This document shows, piece after piece, positions 50,519 to 61,786 of a DNA stretch of 64,000 nt. This stretch comes from Malacoraja senta (taxonomy: Eukaryota). Both the position numbers and the translations under genes were made by a program. Location of the stretch: assembly GCA_038087875.1 (NCBI GenBank), contig CM075982.1:62434001-62498000 (forward strand), in the 5' to 3' direction. Below the pieces are notes generated by a model. That model worked only from the letters and a program-made list of their open reading frames with translations, was not told the origin of the DNA and did no database searches. Position 1 is the stretch's first letter; every line of letters begins with the position of its first letter.

Positions 50519-51128
50519 TTAAGCTGCTAACAGATGTTTTCAAGAGAGAGGTAGTAATAGCTCTTGGGGCTAAGAATCAAGGGATATGGGGAGAAAGCAG
50601 GAACGGGGTACTGATTTTGGATGATGAGCCATGATCATATTGAATGTCGGTGCTGGCATGAAGGGCTGTATGACCTACTGCTGCACCTATTTTCTATGTT
50701 TCTATGTAACACCAATTGACAAGCTACCCATACAAATAGAGGTCCCTGAGTCAGCCTGGGGCACTCTGCTGTATATGGCATCCAAGTGGGGAGATTTTCA
50801 TGGTGTTCAACACAATTCATTTACTCAATAGAAGAGAGGCTATCTGCAACAAGGAGATATTCTCAAGGCAGTCCGCATAAATAGGGTAATTGACTTAAGT
50901 AAAATTGTAAATTGTCCCTAGTGTGTGTAGGATAGTGCTTGTGCACGGGATGTTTACTGGTTGGCGCGGACCTTATTGTGTCGAAGGGCCTGTTCCCGCG
51001 CTGTATCTATAAACTCTAAATTTTCGAACTCTAAACTCGGGTCACCTTTTATGCTTACACTTGCAGGTCTCCTGGTTTCAGGACCTCCATTCAGTCATGC
51101 ATCTCATTTCCCAAATCTCTGTGTTAAT

Positions 51129-51534
51129 CAAAGATCCTATAGTGGAACAAGATGGTCCACTCAACGAAAAAGACGTAGTACGGTCATGGGCAGATTCATG
51201 GGTAATTTTAGGCCCCATTTCCGTAACCGGCTTCCGTCTCCGCACCAAAGGTCCCATAGGATACTAGTGCGGAGACGGAAGCCGGTTACGGAAACATCCG
51301 CGTAAAAATAAAAGTTATTTGGTAAAAACCTTCTCCTCATTTTCAGAATTTTAATTTATTAACACAAACTGTTTCCCCGCAACGTTGATTACACTGTGAG
51401 TCGGGTCGGGTCGGGTCGGGTCCGGTTACGGAAATGGATGAAAAAAAGGCCCACGTTCCGTTCCGTTGTGTACTACACGTCAGCCCATTGCATTTAGCAG
51501 GAGTGGTCTATCTTGCTCGGCTATAGGATCTTTG
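51129..51534. mobile_element. MITE with CAAAG termini and perfect 8-bp TSD (P-element-like or hAT)
   Basis: TIR CAAAGATCCTATAG (14 bp perfect, about 34 bp imperfect). TSD GTGTTAAT at 51121-51128 and 51535-51542. Confidence 0.88.
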
Positions 51535-51969
51535 GTGTTAATCGTTGTTAACCTGTGAGATTGTTCCCTTTCCCCTGAGGCATCTTTCTCCAACTATTGT
51601 GAATGTTGTGTGTGTTGCAGTCTCTGGCTGCCATGGGGAATGTGTTTTCAAGGTCTACCTAACCACCCTTCTCTTATTGCAAGGCCACAGACTGCCAGCA
51701 GCTATGCTGAACATGAGCGAGGTCCCAAGCAGGTCTCGTTAGAACATTTCTCAGTGTACGGTGCCCTAACACTGTTGCAGACATATTCCTGACCTATTCC
51801 GCCATTTATTTTGAAGGATTCCCACGCTGGCACTAACATCAAATGCAGCTATTATTTAGCACATTGAAAATATTTAACACTTTAAATGTTATAATAAAAA
51901 AAACTCCTTCCACCATTTTTTCAGATGGTCCTTTCATAATTGCCTTAAGGTCACTCAATGTTGCTTTAC

Positions 51970-53194
51970 ACTTTGGACTTTAGATTTTAGACTTTAGTTT
52001 AGACTCTAGAGATACAGTGTGGAAGCAGGCTATTCAGCCCACCGAGTCCGCACCGACCAGCGATCCCCGCACATTATTGGCCTCATCAACGACAACGACG
52101 AGTCGGCCTATAGGGAGGAGGTCCAGCTCCTAGCAGCATGGTGCGCTGACAACAACCTGGCCCTTAACACCAAGAAGACCAAGGAGCTCATTGTGGACTA
52201 CAGAAGGTCTAGGGGAGGCACGCACACCCCCATCCATATTAACGGGACGGAGGTGGAGCGTGTTTCCAGCTTCAGGTTTCTGGGGGTCAACATCTCTGAT
52301 GACCTCTCTTGGACCCACAATACCTCAACACTGATCAAGAAGGCTCATCAGCTTCTCTTCTTCCTGAGGAGACTAAAGAAGGTCCATCTGTCTCCTCAGA
52401 TTCTGGTGAACTTCTACCGCTGCACCATCGAGAGCATCCTTACCAACTGTATCACAGTATGGTATGGCAACTGATCTGTCTCTGACCGGAAAGCACTGCA
52501 GAGGGGGGTGAAAACTGCCCAACGCATCACCGGTTCCTCACTCCTCTCCATTGAGTCTGTCCAGAGCAAGCGATGTCTGCGAAGGGCGCGCCGCATCGTC
52601 AAGGACTGCTCTCACCCCATCCACAGACTGTTTACCCTCCTCCCATCTGGGAAGCGCGACAGGTCTCTCCGTTGCCGGACCAGCAATTTCAGGAACAGCT
52701 TCTTCCCTGCGGCTGTTACTCTACTTAACTCTGCATCTTGGTGATTGCCAGTCACTCCCCCCCCCCCCCCACTTCTTCCCCCAGTGACTGATCTCCCCCC
52801 CGCCCCCCGAAATTTGCACTACTACTACTGTATATACATATATATATTTTAATGTTCCATTATTCTGTGTTCGCACTTCTGGGTGAGATGCTAACTGCAT
52901 TTCGTTGTCTCTGTACTTGTACACTGCACATTGACAATAAAGTTTGAATCTGAATCTGAATCTGAACACTATCCTACACACGCTAGGGACAATTTACACA
53001 TACACCAAGCCAATGAACCTACATACCTGTACGTCTTTGGAGTGTGGGAGGTAACCGAAGATCTCGGAGAAAACCCACGGGGAGGACGTACAAACTCCGT
53101 ACAGACACCACCCGTAGGCAGGATCGAACCCGGGTCACCGGCGCTGCAGGCGCTGGAAGGCAGCAACTCTACCGCTGCTCCACCGTAGCCGCCC
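51970..53194 (-). mobile_element. HE1-like SINE split by Rex1
   Basis: Tail at 51970-52074, body at 52965-53194. Rejoins as CCCCGCACATT|AACACTATCC. Confidence 0.85.
52075..52964 (+). mobile_element. Rex1/Babar LINE 3' fragment inserted in a SINE
   Basis: GLINDNDESAYREEV...LNTKKTKELIVD...FLGVNISDDLSW...FYRCTIESILT...NSFFP. Tail TGACAATAAA then (GAATCT)n. Confidence 0.92.
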
Positions 53195-53334
53195 GTAATA
53201 ACCATAATGCAAGAACAAAACTCAAAGTCCTTAGTCCAACCGAAGATATTCTATAGATGTTCATGTTTAAGAAGGAACTGCAGATGTTCATAGTTGCTGA
53301 GGTTAGTGCTGTGTGGTGTACAAGAGCCTGCATC

Positions 53335-53560
53335 ATTTAAGGAAGTAGAAGCATTGATTGGCTTTAATAAATGCAACGATATGCTGGGCCCAGGACATAT
53401 CTTTGGAGATATGCATGTCTAGGAACTTGAAGCTGTTGACTCTCTCCACCATTGTCTCGTCGATAAAGCCAAGATCGTGGATTCTTGGCCTGCCCCTCCT
53501 GAAATCAACAATCAACTCCTCAATCTTGCTGACAATGAGAACAAGAATATTGTTCTAGCA
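53335..53560 (-). mobile_element. Rex1/Babar RT fragment
   Basis: IVDFRR...VERVNSFKFLDMHISKDMSW...ANQCFYFL. Confidence 0.75.
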
Positions 53561-54847
53561 TCTTTCCTTCAGATTTTAAATCTCCCTCCTACACTCTAAC
53601 TCATCATAGTCATTATTTTCCTGCATACATATCTAGCTCTTTCTTTAATCCATCCGTGGCACACACTTAATTACTCAATATAGTTCTAATGACATTCTAG
53701 GTGCAAATGTATTCTTTTGAATTCCATGTCACATTTATTGGCGACCATCTTATAAATGAAGATAAACACAAAAAGCTGGAGTAACTCAGTGGGTCAGTCA
53801 GCATCTCTGGAGAAAAAGAATAGGTGACGTTTCAGGTTGAGAGTCTTCGTCAGACTGAGAGTCAGGGGAAAGGGAAGCAAGAGATATAGACGGTGATATA
53901 GAGAGATATAGAACAAATGAATGAAAGTTATGCAAAACGTAAGTGACATTCTTTGTTTTGGATTCCCCAATCTGATGTGATATTGAACCAATACTTCAAT
54001 TAATCTCAGTTATTTTGAAGTCCTTTTTAATTAAGTTGTTGCATAGTTAGTAGGGTATATTTTAATATTTTATAAAACGCCATGGATTGATTATAGAATC
54101 TTAGAGCACAGTGGGAGGTAATTTGCATTAGATCCTCAAAGCAACAAACCAATTAGTTCCAAACCCACACTATTTTCCCAGTGGACTTGCTAATTGATTT
54201 AAATGATTTTTGTCTAAATAAATGTCAACATTCATAACAATTTTCAGATTAAATGTTTTTTGCTGCAGTGTTTTACAACTCACTAAGAACTGAGTTGCAG
54301 TGGGAATCATAGATTTCTCTACAATCAGTTCCAAATTTTAATATAATGTTTTCTTCAGGCTATTTTGTTAACACATGTTTAGCTGTGGTGGTACATTTGT
54401 TTGTCTTGCCCTGTAGCAGATACAATAGTTATTATTTCTGCTCACCATGATTTGTTACTAATAATTCTAATTTATTCGAAATTTAGGCCAAATGCTGAGA
54501 GCAAAATGCAGATTTCATGTTGCCATGTGAACTGTTCTATACTTTTAACTGCATTAAATTTCATGACTCTATATAATACAGAGAACATATTTATTACGTT
54601 GCCATTGAGCTAATTCTCATCCAAATTTGCTTTCTCCTTGTGCAAGAAGCAAATTATATCAGCTACAAATAAGCCATTTAGCTTCTTGGCTTAAATGTCA
54701 CATTTGTGATGCATAAAAGGTGAGAGAGATGGAAAAGCTTTTACTGAATGATATATAATGGATAAAATAAAACAGTTTGTGTATTCACTTGAGTAGAATT
54801 CTAACCTGGGTCACATGCCAACCACGCGTACATGCTTTGCATACTTC

Positions 54848-55435
54848 TTTAGTTTAGTTTAGTTCAGAGATACAGCGCGGAAACAGGCCCTTCGGCCCAC
54901 TGAGTCCGCACTGACCAGCAATCCCCGTACATTAACACTATCCTACACAGACTAGGGCAATTTACAAATATACCAAGCCAATTAACCTACAAACCTGTAC
55001 GTAGTTGGAGAGTGGGAGGAAACCAAAGATCCCAGAGAAAACCCAGACAGGTCACGGGGAGAACGTACAAACTCTGCACAGTGTACTAAAGGAAGGCACA
55101 GAACAAAATATTACAGCCTCTCTAACCCGAGTTGAAACCTGATCAAGTGCTCCTTGTGTGGAATTTGTACGTTCACCCTGTTTCCTCTGACTGTTTCAAT
55201 CTTTTTTCCTCTCAATCCAAATTGTACTTTGTCCCTGTGACCTGCGTGAGTTTTCTCTGGGTGCTCTGGTTTCCTCCCACACTCCAAATGCAGGTTTGTA
55301 GACTAATTGGCTTGGTAAAATTGTAAATTGTTCCTAATATGTGTAGGATAGTGGTCGTGTGCAGGGATCGCTGGTCGGCATGGACACAGTGGACCGAAGG
55401 GCCTGTTTCCATGCTGTATCTCTAAACCAAATTAA
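54848..55435. mobile_element. Two partial HE1-like SINEs in opposite orientation
   Basis: Minus-strand copy at 54848-55080, plus-strand copy at ~55125-55435. Confidence 0.8.
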
Positions 55436-56111
55436 ATACATTTAGCAAGCTGCTTATTTAAATGCACAATCAATGCATTTGAATTTTCTTGCATTGTTAA
55501 TGCTATTATACAAACTCTATAATTGAATTCTAATGGGATGGAAAGCTAGCTTGTGTTCCACTCATGATAGACACAAAATGCTGGAGCATCGCAGCGGGAC
55601 AGGCAGCATATCTGGAGAAAAAATAGGTGACGTTTCAGGTCGAGATCGTTTCTCAGTTAGCTGATGGTGCATTGTCCAGGATGTGGCCTGTACTTCTAGC
55701 CACCACAATCATCACCGTCTCACACACACTTACTAGATTGCTTGTGGATACAGAGAGGCAGGAGAACTGACAATCTCTGCCCTTGTATTGTGCCCAACAG
55801 CTATCTGGCAAGGCAGCAGGGCACCAGACAGCAAGAGGATCTCAGTTGGCAAAGACGAATGGTCTGTGTAGAATACCATAATGTCTTTTGGCAGTTTTCC
55901 GTTGCTAAGGTAATCTTTTTAAATGTCCCTGACTGATTTAAATAACTGGACGGCATGGTGGTGCTGCGGTAAAGCTGCTGTCTCACAGCGCCATTGCCCA
56001 GGGTTTGATCCTGGCTATGGGTGCTGCTTGTATGGAGTTTGTACCGCTTGGGCTTTCCCATGGTGCACCGGTTTCCTCCAACACTCCAAACACGTACAGG
56101 TTGGTAGCAAT

Positions 56112-58630
56112 GATAGAAACATAGAAACATAGAAAATAGGTGCAGGAGGAGGCCATTCGGCCCTTTGAGCCAGCACCACCATTCATTGTGATCATGGCTG
56201 ATCGTCCCCTATCAATAAACCGTGCATGCCTTCTCCCCATATCCCTTGACTCCACTAGTCCCTAGAGCTCTATCTAACTCTCTCTTAAATCCATCCAGTG
56301 ATTTGGCCTCCACTGCCCTCTGTGGCAGGGAATTCCATAAATTCACAACTCTCTGGGTGAAAAAGTTTTTTCTCACCTCAGTCTTAAATGACCTCCCCTT
56401 TATTCTAAGACCTGGTTCTGGACTCGCCCAATATTGGGAACATTTTTCCTGCATCTAGCTTGTCCAGTCCTTTTATAATTTTATATGTTTCTATAAGAAA
56501 CCCCCTCATCCTTCTAAACTCCAGTGAATACAAGCCTAGTCTTTTCAATCTTTCCTCATATGACAGTCCCGCCATCCCTGGGATTAATTTCGTGAACCTA
56601 TGCTGCACTGCCTCAATCACAAGGATGTCCTTCCTCAAATTAGGAGACCAAAACTGTACACAATACTCCAGATGTGGTCTCACCAGAGCCCTATACAACT
56701 GCAGAAGAACCTCTTTAATCCTATACTGAAATCCTCTTGTTATGAAGGCCAACTTCCATTAGCTTTCTTCACTGCCTGCTGTACATGCATGCCAACTTTC
56801 AGTGACCGGTGTACAAGGACACCCAGGTCTCGCTGTTCCTCCACCTTACCTAACCTAACCCCATTGAGATAATAATCTGCCCCTTGTTTTTGCCGCCAAA
56901 GTGGATAACCTCACATTTATCTATATTATGCTGTACCTCACATGCATCTGCCCACTCACTCAACCTGTCCAGGTCAACCTGCAACCTCCTAACATCCTCT
57001 TCACAGTTCACACTGCCACCCAGCTTTGTGTCATCCGCAAACTTGCTAGTGTTGCTCCTAATTCCCTCTTCCAAATCATTAATAATATGGTAAACAGTTG
57101 CGGCCCCAACACCGAGCCTTGCGGCACTCCACTCGCCACTGCCTGCCATTCTGAAAAGGACCCGTTCACTCCTACTCTTTGCTTCCAGTCTGCCAACCAC
57201 TTTTCTATCCATGTCAACACCCTACCCCCAATACCATGTGCTCTAATTTTAGTCACCAGTCTCCTGTGCGTGACCTTATCAAAGGCTTTCTGAAAGTCTA
57301 GATACACTACATCCACTGGCATCCCTTCATCCATTTTACTTGTCACATCCTCAAAAAATTCCAGAAGATTAGTCAAGCATGATTTCCCTTTCATAAATCC
57401 ATGTTGACGGACTAATCCTTTTACTGCTATCCAAATGCCCCATTATTACCTCTTTAATAATTGACTCCAGCATCGTTCCCACCACCGAAGTCAGGCTAAC
57501 TGGTCTGTAATTCCCCGTTTTCTCTCTCGCTCCTTTCTTGAAAAATGGGATAACATTAGCTATCCTCCAATCCACAGGAACTGATCCTGAATCTATTGAA
57601 CATTGGAAAATGATCACCAAAGCATCCACTATTTCTAGAGCCACCTCCCTGAGGACCCTGGGATGCAGACCATCAGGCCCAGGGGATTTATCATCCTTCA
57701 GTCCCATTAGCCTACCCAATACTATTTCTCGCCTAATGAAAATTTCTTTCAGTTCCTCTACCCCCTTAGATCCTCTGTCCGCCAGTACATCTGGGAGATT
57801 GTTTGTGTCTTCCTTAGTGAAGACAGATCCGAAGTACCTATTCAACTCTTCTGCCATTTCCTTGTTGCCCTTAATAATTTCACCCGTGTCTGCCTTCAAG
57901 GGACCCACATTTGACTTTGCCACTCTTTTTCCCTTAACATATCTAAACAAGCTTTTACTGTCCTTCTTTATATTCCTGGCCAGCTTCCCTTCATACTTCA
58001 TCTTTTCAGCCCGTATTGCCCATTTTGTTTCCTTCTGTTGTCCTATGAATGTTTCCCAATCCTCTGGCTTCCGGCTACTCTTTGCTGTGTTATACATCTT
58101 TTCTTTTAGTTTTATTCTATCCCTAACTTCTCTTGTCAGCCACGGTTGCCTCCTACTCCCCTTAGAATCTTTCTTCCTTTTTGGAATGAAATGATCCTGC
58201 GTCTTCGGGATTATGCACAGAAATTCCTGACATTGCTGTTCCACCGTCATTCCTGCTAGGATCACTTTCCAATCTACTTTGGCCAGCTCCCCTCTCATGC
58301 CTTCATAGTCCCCTTTGTTCAACTGCATCACTGCCACTTCCGATTTGACCTTCTCCTTCTCAAATTGCAAATTAAAACTAATCATATTATGATCACTACC
58401 TCCAAGCGGTTCCTTTACCTAGAGTTCTCTTGTCATATCTGGTTCATTGGACAACACTAAATCCAAAATTGCCTTTTCTCTGGTCGGCACCATTACAAGC
58501 TGCTCTAAGAATCCATCTCGGAGGCATTCTACAAACTCTCTTTCTTGGGGTCCTGAACCAACCTGATTTTCCCAGTCTACCTGCATATTGAAATCTCCCA
58601 TCACCATAGTGGCATTACCTTTGTTACATG
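56112..58630 (-). mobile_element. CR1 (HER1-like) LINE, 5'-truncated, ORF2 from the end of the endonuclease through RT, frameshifted
   Basis: ORFs 58419-58607 (GDFN...ILDLVL), 57369-58385 (SPGPDGLHPRVL, NYRPVSLTS), 57008-57394 (YLDFQKAFD, SGVPQGSVLGP), 56850-57212 (FADDTKL), 56405-56752 ([15 protein letters not shown]). (CTATGTTT)n-type tail at ~56112-56135. Confidence 0.95.
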
Positions 58631-59454
58631 ATCTAGGATCTTTGGTTGGTAGGTTATTAGGCTTCAGTAAAAGTTGTAAATTGTCCCTAGTGCGCGTAGA
58701 ATAGTGCTAGTGTAAGGGGTGATCGCTGGTTTGTGCGGACTCGGTGGACTGGGGAGCCTTTCAACGCTGTATCTCTAAACTAAACTAAACCAAAAAATAT
58801 TCTAAAAGGTATAAGATGTTTAATTAGAAGCACATTGAAACAACATTAATTAAAACCATTAAAATAAAGAAAAGTACATCCCTGCACCTACTTCTTTCCA
58901 TAGAGTGAGAAATCCAGTCAAGTGAACAGGGTGAATGCACCAGCTTTCCTGGTGTAAAATGCGAAAGATAGAGGCAAATAAGGCCCCATTTAAGCAGCAC
59001 CTTGATTCCACTGATGATGAAAAGCAGTTTTTTTTACTCCCTTTAGAATATTGCGTCAAAAGGCCATCCACTAATTGGCCATCCACTAATTGGTAACATT
59101 AAAGCTTCATCGCATGCTGAAATCGAGTGCATCCAACCCCGCTTCAGTGGTCTGATGCTGTGGATGCCAAATGTTCTTTAGCCACTGGGTGGCAGTATCA
59201 GCTGGGTTGATGTCAAAGAGACAGAGGAGCAATTAACCAGCAATTTAGGAGCACACAATATAACCTTAGGAGCTCACAATATTAAATAAGTTAACATCTA
59301 AAGTGTAAGCCGAATGGACATTAAAAAATATCGTAGATTCCTTTGCTTGGCATTTCCATTAATTAGATAAAATGAAGCTCTTTTTAACAAGGTGCATCAT
59401 GGAAACTCCACAGGTAGTGAAAAATTCCTTAGCATTCTCCTGAAAACACTCATT

Positions 59455-60345
59455 TAGAGTCATAGAATTATATAGTAATACAGTGTGGAAACAGGCCCTT
59501 CGGCCCAACTTGCCCACACCGGCCAACAATGTCCCAGCTACACTAGTCCCACCTGCCTGCCCTTGGTCATATCCCTCCAAATCTGTCCTATCCATGTACC
59601 TGTCTAACTGTTTCTTAAATGTTGGGATAGTTCCAGCCTCAACTTCCTCCTCTAGCAGCTTGTTCCATACACCCACCACCCTTTGTGTGAAAAAGTTACC
59701 CCTCGGATTCCTATTAAATCTTTTCCCCTTCACCTTGAATCTATGTCCTCTGGTCCTCGATTCCCCTACTCTGGGCAAGAGACTCTGTGCATCTACCTGA
59801 TCTATTCCTCTCATGATTTTGTACACCTCTATAAGATCACCCCTCATCCTCCTACGCTCCAGGGAATAGAGACCCAGCCTACTCAACCTAGGTGAGTAGG
59901 CTGGGTCTACTCACACCCTCTAGTCCTGGCAATACCCTCGTATATCTTCTCTGAACCCTTTCAAGCTTGACAATATCTTTCCTAAAACATGGTGCCCAGA
60001 ACTGAACACAATATTCTAAATGCGGTCTCATCTTCTTGGTTTCTTGGTTTCCTGGTCCTCCAAAATATTCCAAATTTTAATGCTTTAATTGTGCGGGGGA
60101 AGAAAGAATTGCTGTACACATCTGTCTTGGTAGCTGGTATCTCAAATTGGATTGAATGCCCTCGTCTGCTCCTAATTGGTTTGGGTTTGGTGTAGGTTTT
60201 GTAATCTATGTCGAGCTGGCCATTTAACATTTTGTAAAAACAGGTCAAACGGTGAGCTTCACGTCTGTCTTGGAGAGGGTTCCACCCCAGTGAATTCACC
60301 AACGTCTTATACAACTGCAACATGACCTCCTAACTTCGATACTCA
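59455..60345 (-). mobile_element. CR1 LINE 3' fragment with a nested second LINE fragment
   Basis: ORF 59359-59886 (LGLYSLERRRMRGDLIEVYKIM...TRGH...FFTQRVV) and ORF 59888-60073 ([13 protein letters not shown]). Confidence 0.9.
60031..60295 (-). mobile_element. 3' fragment of a divergent CR1-group (Daphne/Crack-like) LINE inserted in the CR1
   Basis: Encodes LGWNPLQDRREAHRLTCFYKMLNG...RRGH...YSNSFFPRTIK. Flanked by TCA on both sides (60028-60030, 60296-60298). Host reads GGTCTCA|CCAACGTC when it is removed. Confidence 0.7.
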
Positions 60346-61431
60346 TTCTACTTTGAAATCTGAATTTGTATTCGCGCATACTCATTTCACTTATTTTTCT
60401 AACATAGTCTATTAAATACATCAGGGATTTTATCCAGGAAAGTGTAATTTTAAAAGCATTGTTTGGATGATCAATTCGAATAAAATAAGAGGACATAAAC
60501 TGTTGCCACTTGGGCATTGATAAATCCCATAGTGAATATTAGTTACATCTTTTATTATGTAATGACTATATTGACGTCAATGGTTTCAAATTAAAATGCC
60601 CTCCATAGTCAAACAACATAATTTGTTTAATAAAATGTTTGGTTTGATTTTCTTTCAGATTTTGACTGATGGTGCTTCTGATGGAATTTCATGAGGTTTT
60701 ACTCTTTTAAATGTGCTATATAAATGAGTTATGGCTCATTTTTACCAGACTACAGACACAAAGGCAGTGCTGGCACTAAGATGTTTTGTAGGATGTAGCA
60801 TTTAATACGGTTCTCAGAAATGATTTTATGTGAAAACCTACAATATAATTTTTAGTAACCTTGTCATATAGTTAACTTTTTATTTTAATTCAATTAGTTG
60901 CCATTTAATTTTATGCACTGAAAATTCTTGGGAATAAACTTTCCAACGTAAGTGATGAACTGTTTTCATCTGCTTCAATTCTGATTTTAGTGGTAACAAC
61001 TACCAAGTATAAAGTTTTAAAGAACACATTGTCCTAGAATTTTCACATTGCCATAAACTAGCACCATCACAAATTTTATGCAGGGCTTTGAGTAGAGAAT
61101 TAGGTGCAAACTCTGACACCGTAGCACATGATGTTTGAATTACTTTAGTTGAAGTAATTCCAATATGTTGCCCTACAAGAACGTGCAGGTTTATGCATTA
61201 ATGTGCGCTGGTCACCATCTTGGTGGTATGAATATTGATTTCTCTAACTTCAGGTAGCCCTGGCATTCCCTCCCTCTCTATCCCTCCCTTATCCAAGTCG
61301 CACTAACTTCTCGTTTTCACCTAACAAACAGGTAACAATGGCCTGTTTCCTTTATCATCGTTACTTTTTTGCATATCTTTCATTCATTGTTCTTTATCAT
61401 CGCCTATAGCTCTCATTTCCCAGATCCCTAA

Positions 61432-61622
61432 AAGCCCTGTCTCACGGTGCGAGCTGACCCACGAGGTACCTCGAGTGAAAGACTCGTGGAAGTGTACGAG
61501 ATTCCAAGTGTATGATCAAGAGTTTAACCGAGTTCCCACGGGTATGACTAAGTTTGCCGTTTACTTGTCATTTCTGCGATGTTCCAAGTTCCTCTCCCGA
61601 GTTACTCTTGAGCCAACCGTGA
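61432..61622. mobile_element. Harbinger-type MITE with clipped right end, inserted in a Penelope remnant (~61230-61431)
   Basis: TAA then AAGCCCTGTCTCACGGT. The right side retains only ACCGTGA of the TIR. Confidence 0.7.
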
Positions 61623-61786
61623 ATGAAGTCTGTTTTAATAAGCAACAGTGTTAAAGAAGACATCTCCATCCTGCGGCTTTGAGTTAAGATAGAATTCAGC
61701 GCGGCCGCATCTATTGATATGACCTACAAAGGGAAAATGCGCACCATCCAGTGCCAGAGCAGTTATACTTATGATTTGTTTGAAAC

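Noticed and set aside
50004-50634. Many overlapping Ala/Arg/Pro-rich ORFs here and at 1859-2422 and 8014-8735
   Set aside because: They result from stop-codon scarcity in GC-rich palindromic MITEs.
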